Below the pieces are notes generated by a model. That model was given only the letters and a program-made list of their open reading frames with translations, was not told where the DNA came from and did not search any database. Below, one piece after another: positions 26,887 through 37,366 of a DNA stretch of 64,000 nt (within the stretch, counting starts at the first letter, position 1; each line of letters starts with the position of its first letter). The stretch comes from Azolla caroliniana (taxonomy: Eukaryota; Plantae; Polypodiophyta). The stretch is taken from NCBI GenBank assembly GCA_043228905.1, contig JBHGNT010000017.1, positions 4,836,001 to 4,900,000 on the forward strand, read 5' to 3'. The position numbers were made by a program, and so were the translations under genes.

Positions 26887-27881
26887 ATGATGGAGCTAGC
26901 CAAGCTTGTTTGCGGAGGGAAAGTGGAACAGTATCAGAGGATAAAATGTGCGAATGTTGAGTTTGTAAGCTTTTCCGATGACGAAGTAGATGAAAAACGA
27001 GAAGAAACAGAGATAGGAGAAGAACATGCTTCTCTTATTGTCAAGGGAAATAATAGAGAAATAGAGTTACAGGACATGTCTGAGATGAGAACAGTTAGGA
27101 CGCAGAAGATTTCAACCTTTACTCGTAAATCTTCACCACTGCATTCTAAAGAGACGATAGAACTATGCATCCACAAGATGGACAACACTTCATTCAGTAT
27201 GCTTTCTCTTTCATATATTAGCGTCCAAGACATATCCTTTAAAGTTCTTCCCTTAGTAAATACTATTTTTACACAGCCAGCTTATGCCTCCTTTTATCTT
27301 GTAGCTCTAGAAGTATCAAAGAAAGCTACAGTTCTTGGTCTGAAAAACGCTTTACAGAAAAAGTTTGAAATGTGTGGATGTCAGATTTCATGGTAGGATA
27401 TATCAATTGCTCACCCTTTTCGCTGATTTTATTATCATTTTCCTTTCCTTCTTTTACTTTTCATTGTTTTTGGTGTTTCTCATTGTTTATTTTGAGGATC
27501 TTCTGTATGCTTGATACAAAGAGTTTTCTTTTGCGTATGGTTAAATTTAATAATCTTATTTTGATGCATCTTCCGTCAGGCCACATGTTTGGGGAAATTT
27601 CTGCTTGACCTTCAATAATCAAAAGCTTCTTGATAACACTATTTCTTTGCAGATGCTAGGTATTGCCAATTCAGATGAGGTACATTTCATTCCTCACATT
27701 CAATGTTTATTTGTTAGCATCTCTCTGATTAATGAGAAGTATTGTTTGTTAATTGATTTCTGTGCTAAAGTTTTTGTTACGGTAAAATGTTCAGCTATAT
27801 TTTGTCAGGCATGTCACTCTACCAAGCCAGTCAGATAGGCGAAGTGGTTTTTTCAAAAGCATAAGGAGAAATTCTGCATAG
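26887..27881 (+). CDS. SNRNP25: U11/U12 snRNP 25-kDa protein-like (SNRNP25 ubiquitin-like domain)
   Basis: Exons 26887-27196, 27305-27392, 27580-27679, 27795-27881. IELCIHKMDNTSFTLEVSKKATVLGLKNALQKKF...ISWPHVWGNFCLTFNNQKLLD...LGIANSDELYFVRH. Two 5'UTR introns (26510-26641, 26723-26876). Confidence 0.85.
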
Positions 27882-28979
27882 TATTTGATCAGTGATGAGG
27901 TCATTCTGCCATGACTGAACAGCTTGAGTACAATGTCTTATGTGCAGTGGGGAGAAGTAGAGGGAATGGTGTTTATATGATGTGTACGATACATAATTCT
28001 AGATAATTCTTTCTGATTCCTTATCTGATTTTCCTTCAGTATTCGAGCATTTTCGTTGTTGCTGTCAGTTTGATAAGCAATGTGATAAACCGAACATACA
28101 TACTACAGAGTGCAAAAATGTAAAGTCAATGAAGCCATCATTTCTAAAAGGAAATTGTTGCTTGAAAGGTATTACATAGCAATATCATATACAAGTGGTT
28201 GAATTCTTTATTGGAGAAAGCATGTGTGAGTGAAGGTTTCATGTACCAAATTTCATTCCAGTGTACACTGTCTGCCCAAGAGAGACTTTTGCTGGTTACA
28301 GTGAGAATATCATTAAGTGGCATCACATGACAAATATCCCACATGAGATAAATGACCTCATTGATGCCTTCTTCCTGATGTGATACCTCTCAGATTGATA
28401 TTCTTCCTTTTTGTTTTTTTATTTCTAACAATGACTGGATTGTTTTAACTATGTGCGTCGTGAACAGCAGATGCCAAGGTAACTTGGCAACGCCAATAAA
28501 GTCTACTTTCAACAAATTATTTGTCACGTGATTTCAGAATAGTAGATAGGTTTTTGTGTAGTGAAGGAATTCCTTTTCCACCTCTTTGTTGGTGGTAATC
28601 GAGCTTCCTTTGTCATAGAGAATCTCCAACTAGACATTGAGATTGTTGTCTTTTGTAAATTGGGCATACGTGTATTGAATCCAATTTGGTTCTCTATTAT
28701 AACTAACTTCATATGCTTGCCCTAAAGATTGTGAAGAGAGAGAGAGAGATTGAATTATCATCTTTGGAGGTCAAATATGACCTATGGGACCAAAAATATT
28801 ACATTTCACATGGTACATGTGAATGTGTGTAGCAACTCTTGATGTTCAAGAACTCTACCAATGAATGGTTGTGAGAGAAATTCGTGTATTTTGTGTGTAT
28901 GAGAGAGAGAGAGAGCGAGCGAGAGAGAGAGAGAGACACACACACACACATGTTATGTTGCATAAAATGGTGTGTCAAA

Positions 28980-29860
28980 TGATCAAGTGGTCATAGATTA
29001 CACACAAATGGTCATGAATTCATTATGGTGTAGTTAGATTTGAAGAAAGCTTATGCTATTTGTTTCTCAATTAATTCATACAATGGGTTTCAGACCATAT
29101 AGGTAGGTCTCATTATGTATTTTTATTAGGGCAAGATGTAATGTCTTGAGTACTACAAACAATAAGATTGAATTGTAAAAGATAACAAAATGATACGTAA
29201 ATAAGAGATTGATCATGTATTAACAATAAGAACATGATATACAACAATATGTTGAAGATTAGCTTTGAATCAAAATGGTTCATCAAGATTAGAACACAAA
29301 GCATATGCCACTTGGCAATCATGCATGAATGTGTGAGGTGACAACATTTCATAATATATGTATCTAAGTAATATACAGAAAGTAACAACAATGTAATGTG
29401 ACATATATCATAATGTTTAAGATTACATATATTCTTTGAAAAAGTCATGGGTTTAAATCCTTCTCATGACATTGCAGTTTTGCTACATGTTCATATTATG
29501 TACCACATGTTCTCCCTTATATTTTTATTAGGGTAAGAACTTACAAGAAATGAATGTTTGGAGTAATGCTTAATGATGGAGTTACATAAGATATTGGCCC
29601 CACAATATCCATTCTTCAAGGATACCCACTTAGCTCATTGTTGTTTGCAATTGTTATCGATCACTTGTTGGTGATGTTATGGAGGCTTGCAACTAATGAT
29701 GACGATGTAGGTCTACACCTTTAATCTATGAAACAATTTGTAGGCCAAGCTTCCGCAAATAATTCTTTCGTGTTTTTACGAGCCTCGTGTGAGAATCTTG
29801 AGAAGGGGATGCTGGCATAGGACCAATTTGCCATGGCATCTAGATTGCATTATTGCCATG
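28980..29860 (+). mobile_element. L1-like LINE reverse-transcriptase remnant
   Basis: Decayed RT motifs in the expected order: LDLKKAY (~29035), SILQGYPLSSLLFAIV (~29608; consensus SIRQGCPLSPLLF) and a FADD-like remnant (~29752). Confidence 0.6.
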
Positions 29861-32199
29861 TACTCAATCTTGACCCTTTCATGTATGTCTTAAAGTTGTA
29901 CAATGCATAATGGAACCTATGACATTATATTACATTACTTGATATTGCCACCATGGACAAAGAAGGTTATGCATTTCATTTTGCAATCTCTTTGATATTT
30001 GTTGTATAGAAAGACAACTAAGATGGGGATCACATGGGTTGTATGGAACCATCTAACAACCCCAAAATGTTTGGGGGGAGTTGCAATATTGGACCTATCT
30101 ATGCATATGATGGCTCATGGATTTTCTTTATAGCAAGACACGTGTTCACAATGACAACCATGGATGTGTATTGTCTAATGGGGAATAACATATGGGGGGA
30201 CAACGATTAAGGCACCATAGTGGCAATTACTTGACGAAAGTATTCTAATTAAAATTCATTTTTCATTATGTGTTCAACATGTGGTTGTGTCAGAATGCAG
30301 TCATGTTTCACTTCCTCTAGTAAAGTATGAAACCATTTTCTAACTTGATCGTCTAAAGTCAGTCCATAAAGACCTTCATGTTAGTCACTATTAGTTCACA
30401 TGCTCTTACTACTTGTTTAAACCTCTTTATATGGTTGTGCTCATTGGCAAGTTAGGACCATATTACTAGATTGAGCTACCTTGCCTTGCTCATTCGCGAT
30501 GCCTGTCGAAAGGTTGGATAACCATGTTGTTAATAATTAGATAATTAACTAAGGGTTAATCAGTGTCTAATTATGTGAGTAGTTAATCATGTATGTGATT
30601 AAGCAACGAAAGATTATGTGATGTGTGTGTGTATGTGAGATTGAAAGAGAGAGATGAAGTTACACTTATGAACAATAAAATAAATGGGGGATGATTAACA
30701 AGAGTGTAGCTAGATAACCAAGCTCTCTATATTAATAAGCATCATCAAGTTACAGAACTACCCACAATGAGGTTTATATAGATCTCATGTGTAGGAGTGC
30801 ACATGTGTGAGGAGAATATAGGTACAAGGATGTAAGTCCTATATTAAATGTACATGGGAGTGGAGGATCTAGAATGTATCCCACTTAAGTACAAAGTCCT
30901 ATTTAAGGTTTTAAGGTCAACGCACTAACTAGGTTCTATTTATGTACCTACTACCAAGTTACATAAGTGACAAAATATCTAAACCTAGTTGAGCTTGCTC
31001 AACACATGTTTTGTTGTTGCATTTGATTACTTGAGCCATTGCAGCTACACACGAGTAAATGGTTTGATATAAAGTCCCTCTATCAAGATTTACTTCTTTT
31101 TCTTTTATTAACGTAAACTTATTTATAAATGGCTTGTGACAATTTAGGTTCTTGGTTTGTAGGTTGTGGATTGTTCTACCTCTAAGCGTTACTTCTTTGA
31201 GGAGCTTGCATTGGATTAGTATTGCTTGGTTGTAACTCCTCACAACTTGGCACAAAATAGGGTTTGCCTATTTGTTTTTCTTTGGATAACTCTCTTTGTT
31301 GTAACCTACTTAAAGACTATTCTATTGATGTTAGTTCTATTGTGAACTTTGCTCTAGAGCTCTTTGCAAATCAAGTTAGATGTTCGTAGCCTCAAGAGAT
31401 TATCAAAAGCTCAACCAATTAATTACAAGCATTTATTGAGTCCATGACAACTATGCCAAATGCTACACGTTTTCGTGACTAACAACCTTCTCTCTCACGT
31501 TAGATCGCTTTTCGAGATCGAGCAAACATTTACCCTCTTGTTGGGGAAGTAGGTAAAGGTTTGGTGTCAATCCACCATTGCGCATATTAACGAGTCACAT
31601 AACTTCCTATGTAACATTTAGTCTTAACCCTAACACAAATATGTTGGATGAGAACAAGCTAACCAACTTAACTTAAACCTTAGTCATGCACAAGTCAAAC
31701 AGAAATGTAAAGAAAAACATTAAGAAATCACAAAAGCAAATGGTACCAACTGACTTCTTCTATTCCTCGACCTCTACAAATGCATTTCCACTCTAGCTTC
31801 CGACGATCTTAATACAATGATTAAGGAAGGGTAAATAGAGAGATTAAGACTTTTGGAAGATTTGGGTGCTCTAGGTTAAAAGAGAGATTTGTGCATTGAG
31901 CTAATGAGCTTATCTCTAGCGTAATTAACTCCGTCCATGTATGATTATGTGTATGCTCATTGTTTTGGTCGTCGACACAAAGGGGTGGAATGGCTATTGC
32001 CAACACATTGACAATACGAATGCGAATACGAATACAACTAACAGTATTCGTTTATTTGAAAAAAAAATCGTTTATTTCAATGCTAGCTAGTGTGAGCGAG
32101 CAACACCGAATCAGTGAGCGAAGAGGTCAACCGTTGCACCCTGCATCTTGTGCGTGATGCTTACACCCTCGCCTCCCCTTGGATCCTGTTATTGGCCTG

Positions 32200-32470
32200 C
32201 AAATTAGGGTTTCAGCTGAAAACCCAAACTCCAGTCGAAACCCTAATAAATTAATTATTCGTGAATTAATTAATGTTTTAGTAAATTAATTCATTATTAG
32301 TGAATTGAATTAATTTTTTAGTAAATTAATTCATTATTAGTGAATTAATTCATATTTTAATTCCTGAAACCCTAATTTTGACTGAAATTAGGAACCCTAA
32401 TTAATTAATATTTTAGTAAATTAATTCATTATTAGTGAATTAATTTATATTTTAGTGAATTAAATTTGTT
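32200..32470. repeat. AT-rich repeat with an inverted AAACCCTAA-containing pair and ~40-bp direct repeats
   Basis: ATTAGGGTTTC...GAAACCCTAAT inverted pair; three copies of TTTTAGTAAATTAATTCATTATTAGTGAATT. Confidence 0.6.
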
Positions 32471-33383
32471 TTTTTAATAAATTAAATAATTTTTATTATG
32501 TAAATTCAAAACAAATGGTTCTGAGTCGGGTCTTGGGGTCATTTTGTATTCTCAAATATTGCGAATATTACAGATGGAGAATATCACAAATATATCATGC
32601 ATGGGTCAATCTATGGCTATTGGAGGCATGCAAATGCCCCACAAAAAATTGAAATTTTACACACTTTTGTCACTAGCTTATTTATTTATCACCCCTTTGG
32701 GGAATTTCCTTGGACAGAAGCTACATGAAGATGAGCCAAACCATCACGACATAACATGCTACCGCTGGAAATCAAAACCCAAAGCTCCCTTGTTACCATA
32801 AAAACAGTGACTGATCACATAGCTTGCAGACTGGAGATTTGACCAAATGCATATTGCCATATTCATAATCACTACTCACTTTCAAAGGCATATATGCGAA
32901 TCTTTCTTTATGGTGTATATACAGATAGATCCTTTTGTCTTCCTTACGAGCTTAATCTTGTACGTAAGCACAATTCACTGGGGATATCCTCTCGAAATGG
33001 ACCAGTTTAGATAGGTCTTAGGGGTTATTGGAACTCAAATTTCCCATCCCAATCATTGTCAAGTTATCCCCTTGTAATCAACCTGTTAAGGGTTAAGGAT
33101 CAGCTTTAGGGGGGGAGGGAACTCAAATTCCCAATCATCTTCAATATATTGTCTTGCAACAATCCACTTTATAGAGTCTAGGATTTATGGACATGAAGAT
33201 ACCTATCACCATTGAGTTATCATCTTGTAATCAACTGGTTTAGGGTTTCTAGGTTGAATGGTAGGGGATTAAGCACATGGCAAATTGGAAGTTAAAATCA
33301 TCAATCGAGAATTCGAGATTTCTTCACTCCGAATATCTATGCTCCATATCGCTCTTCCAAGGAAGTTGCAAGTTTTTACTACT

Positions 33384-35666
33384 CTATGAACCATCATCAA
33401 GCAAATCATCACTTAGATATGTCTTTGCCATGAGAATATATGGAGCAGCCTGATCTGGATTTGCACAAACAAGCTGCTGAAAGCATCGATTACCTATGTC
33501 TCTTTCACCATGCATTTTGCATGCTGTTAGTAATGCTGTCCATAATGAAGTACCTGACACAGGATCAAGAAAATCCTCTATCTCGACCAAGTACCCTGAT
33601 TTTGCATAAAGATCCACCATGCACGTATAATGATCTATTGTTGGTGAAATAGCATATTCCTCTATCATCATATTGAATATATCCTGGCCCTTATGTAGTA
33701 GCTTTGCACGGCTGCAAGCATAAAGTAGACAAGTGAATGTTATATTATCTGGTTGAACACCATGTCTATGCATCTCTTCAAAGCAGTGTAGAGCTATGTC
33801 CACTTCATGATTCATTCCATAGCCCCTTATCATCGAATTCCATGACACTATGTCTCGGTGTGGTATATTATAGAAAATTCCTTCAGCCTCTGGTAGCGAG
33901 CCACACCTCGCATACATATCGATCAGAGAATTGCATATAGAAACATCTCCTTCAAACCCTTTCCGCATTATATCAATGTGAGCCTCATGGCCTTTGTATA
34001 TGGCTCCCATATCTACACAAGATTTCAAGACACAAACGAGTGTGACATCATTTGGAGAAACACCTTCTACATGCATTTGATCAAAGAAAGCAATTGCTTC
34101 TTGTGGATGATTTCCTTCTACATATCCTGCAATTAACGCTGTCCATGACACAACATCCCGAACTAATAGCGTATCAAATATTTCATGTGCTTCTTTAACT
34201 GCACCCTGCTTAGAGTACATATCTACCAAAGTGTTTCCAACAGATATGTCTCTTTCAAAACCCTTCTTCATAATTTCAGCATGTAATTCTTGATTTTTCT
34301 GCATGGATTCTGTGCTTGCACATGCTTTTAACATGGAAACATATGCTCCGGAATCAAGAAAGACCCTTTCTAATTGCATACACTTGACACATTCCATAAC
34401 TTGCTTACTGTCTCCTCGTTCTGCATATCCAGCAATTAATGCATGCCAAGGTGCCAAATCTCTTTGTTGAAGCTTATCAAATGCTTCTTTGGCCTTTACA
34501 AAACTACCACATTTTAGATACATGTCAACTACAGCATTGCCAAGAAAAAAGTACTTTTCAAGATATCTTGGAGGAATTTCTATGTGAATTTCCTGACCAC
34601 TTTCCAGTGCTCCTATGCTACCACATGCTTTCAAGGCAGAAGCAAATGTGACAGCATCGGGATATATACCCTCAAGCTTCATCTTTTCAAAACAATGAAG
34701 AGCTTCCACGCCTGGTCCATGTTCTGCATATCCACCAATCAAAGCTGTCCATGAGACAATATTGCGGGAAGGAAGGTTGTTGGAAGTGACCTGTGCATCT
34801 GTTAGTGATCCACATTTTGCATACATATCGATCAAACTATTACCAAGGAAATTGTTCGAATCTAAACCTCTTAGAACAGAGTCGACATGAGCTTCTCTTC
34901 CCTTGTAAAGAGATCTAACACTAGCACATGCTTTTAAGATGCAAACCAATGTGGAAGCATCTAAAGAAACCCCTTGTTGCTTCATTTGGTCATAACACTG
35001 AAATGCTTCTTCACCTGGACCATGCTCAGCATATCCAGCTATAAGTGCAGTCCACGAGACAATTGTTACAAATGGCATGTTGTTAAAGACATGCCTAGCT
35101 TCATGTAGTAAACCACATTTAGCATACATATCAACCAATCCACTTCCAGTAAAGATGTCCATCTCAAATCCATACTTCATTATCTGAATATGCATATATT
35201 GACCTCTCTCTACATCATGCGTGTTGGCATATGCTTTCACAAAAGGCATCAAAGTATAACATGTGGGAGAAACACATGCCTTACCCATTCTTTCATACAT
35301 ATCAAACGCATTATGAAGCTGTCCATGTTCAACATATCCACAGATAAGAGAAGTCCAAATTTTTTCATCATATTGAGGCAACTGAAGGATGATTTGCTGG
35401 GCCTCGAGAAAGCTACCACATTCCAGAAACATGGATATAAGATGAATATCAATAGAATCGTTCTTTCCGAGGCCGAAACCTCGTATATGTGCATAGAGCT
35501 TCTTCGCGAGGGTCAAATCTCTCTGTTTCTTACACGATTGTAGGGCAGCTATAAGGTCAGAAATTGAGGGGAGGTCATGTATGGGGCCATCGATCGGCTG
35601 TGAAGGTGGAAGGGGACCACATTGTGTGTGAACGAATCTCTTGGGAAATTTGAGCATGCAAGGCAT
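33384..35666 (-). CDS. PLS-class PPR protein with E1 and truncated E2, no DYW domain
   Basis: 760-aa intronless ORF with many PLS triplets (IVSWTALIAGYAEHG, GNSLIDMYAKCGSL), ending LWTALLTACKMHG...AAPYILMAKTY. 5'UTR intron about 35696-35924. Confidence 0.93.
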   Translation of the reverse strand: MPCMLKFPKRFVHTQCGPLPPSQPIDGPIHDLPSISDLIAALQSCKKQRDLTLAKKLYAHIRGFGLGKNDSIDIHLISMFLECGSFLEAQQIILQLPQYDEKIWTSLICGYVEHGQLHNAFDMYERMGKACVSPTCYTLMPFVKAYANTHDVERGQYMHIQIMKYGFEMDIFTGSGLVDMYAKCGLLHEARHVFNNMPFVTIVSWTALIAGYAEHGPGEEAFQCYDQMKQQGVSLDASTLVCILKACASVRSLYKGREAHVDSVLRGLDSNNFLGNSLIDMYAKCGSLTDAQVTSNNLPSRNIVSWTALIGGYAEHGPGVEALHCFEKMKLEGIYPDAVTFASALKACGSIGALESGQEIHIEIPPRYLEKYFFLGNAVVDMYLKCGSFVKAKEAFDKLQQRDLAPWHALIAGYAERGDSKQVMECVKCMQLERVFLDSGAYVSMLKACASTESMQKNQELHAEIMKKGFERDISVGNTLVDMYSKQGAVKEAHEIFDTLLVRDVVSWTALIAGYVEGNHPQEAIAFFDQMHVEGVSPNDVTLVCVLKSCVDMGAIYKGHEAHIDIMRKGFEGDVSICNSLIDMYARCGSLPEAEGIFYNIPHRDIVSWNSMIRGYGMNHEVDIALHCFEEMHRHGVQPDNITFTCLLYACSRAKLLHKGQDIFNMMIEEYAISPTIDHYTCMVDLYAKSGYLVEIEDFLDPVSGTSLWTALLTACKMHGERDIGNRCFQQLVCANPDQAAPYILMAKTYLSDDLLDDGS

Positions 35667-35703
35667 ACAGGACGTAATGCAAACTTCAGGTGCGCCTGTA
35701 ACA

Positions 35704-35895
35704 GTATGTATGTATGTATGTATGTATGTATGTGTGTGTATGCATGCATGTATGGATGGATATGGATGGATATATGGATGTGATTGTATGTTTAATGTTA
35801 TATGTGGTGTATTATGTATGGTGTATGTATGTGTGTGAAATTACGTATGGTGTAGGTATGTATGTATGTATGTATGTATGTATGTATGTATGTAG
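35704..35895. repeat. (TGTA)n compound microsatellite within the 5'UTR intron of the PPR-E gene
   Basis: Directly visible; lies between minus-strand GAGG|gtatag (35924) and ttacag| (35696). Confidence 0.8.
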
Positions 35896-35969
35896 CGGGA
35901 GAAACACATGCTTTCTTTCTATACCCTCGTGCCTTCTCAATTCCTTCTTCTGCTTCGCGGGTCTGAGCT

Positions 35970-36015
<46 letters not shown>

Positions 36016-37366
36016 ACGGGGAGGAAGGTTGCAAGCAAGCATCAACAAAAGAATGGAAGTACTGTGACAAAAAAGAAAGAAGGGACAGCTAGCAAAGAAT
36101 TCGCAGAAGAAAGGTTGGTTCCTCTCTCCTTTCATTCTCTGTCTGTCTGTGTCGTATTTTGGTTCTCCGATCTGCAATTTCAAAGTTTTAGTTTCCCGGA
36201 AGGAAAGAAAGACACGGTTTCGTTCTGGTGTCTTCTTCCATTTTTATGAGGGTTCGATTGATTTGCCTTTCCTCTTTATTTCGTGATTTTATCCATTGTT
36301 TCCCTTGCTGTTTTTCTTCTACCACGTGAAGCTCCTTGTTTGGCAAGAAAAGACTGTGACGAGACAATGTTAATTTGTGTCTACTCTCTTTGTTTGTTTT
36401 CTTTCTATTTTGCCTACTGCACGCCTCGTTTTTTTCCCCCCTTGATTTCAAGCTTCTTCTTTGCAAGAATAAAAAGGCCTATGAAGAAGAAAAGTTTTTG
36501 TGTCTGCATGCTTCTCTGTTTTTCTTTCGTTTCGAGATCTTTGCTTGAGGAGGGTGAAAGAAAGGCGGACCGAGTAGAAAGCGGACGTAAGATGGTTGGA
36601 CCTTGATAACATCATTCTATTTGGGCACTGTTAAATAGTTAATTGAGAGAAGAAAGAAGCAAAACCTCCTATTGGAAGTTGTCTCAATACACCAGCACTT
36701 GAGCATTGATTGGAGCAGTCTGTGTAAAAGAGATCAAGACCTGGGTGTAAAAACGAAATTGATTGAACATCATGTACGTTTTGACACACAGATAATATTG
36801 TCAGATAATATCATTGATTCAGCATTGCTTCTCCGATGCTCATATTAATTAGGTTGGGGTTCCCATGGTTTGTTCTCTCATTCAGGAAATCCAGTTGGAC
36901 TGTAGAGCAAGTTGCATTCAATGAATATGTAAAGGATGAAGAAGGCAAGTCAAGGGAAGACTTGGTTGAGTTGCAATTAGTTTCCCATCTCAAATTTTAC
37001 ATGTCAATGAGCAAAATTATCGATGGTATGAATGAGGAACCTTTGAAAAGTAATTTGCGGTATGTTCATTTGTGATTATAGAGGAAAATGGTATGGCTGG
37101 CAATGATTCATGCATTTTGGGTTCTCGACACTGAAGCATAATAATCTTTGCTAGAGGCTGTGGTTTTTGTCACCACTTCGTAATGGGTACATGAAGATTA
37201 ATTGACTGTAGGCATGGGGGCATAGAACAAATTCATGAGATTACAAAATATTTGTAGTGACATGTAAAAATGATTCAAAATATCAAATACAATTAAATTT
37301 GGGTAAATGTTTAATGCTACTTGGGATTCAAGTTGTCTATTCATGGCTTGTGCTTGTAGGCAGAGG

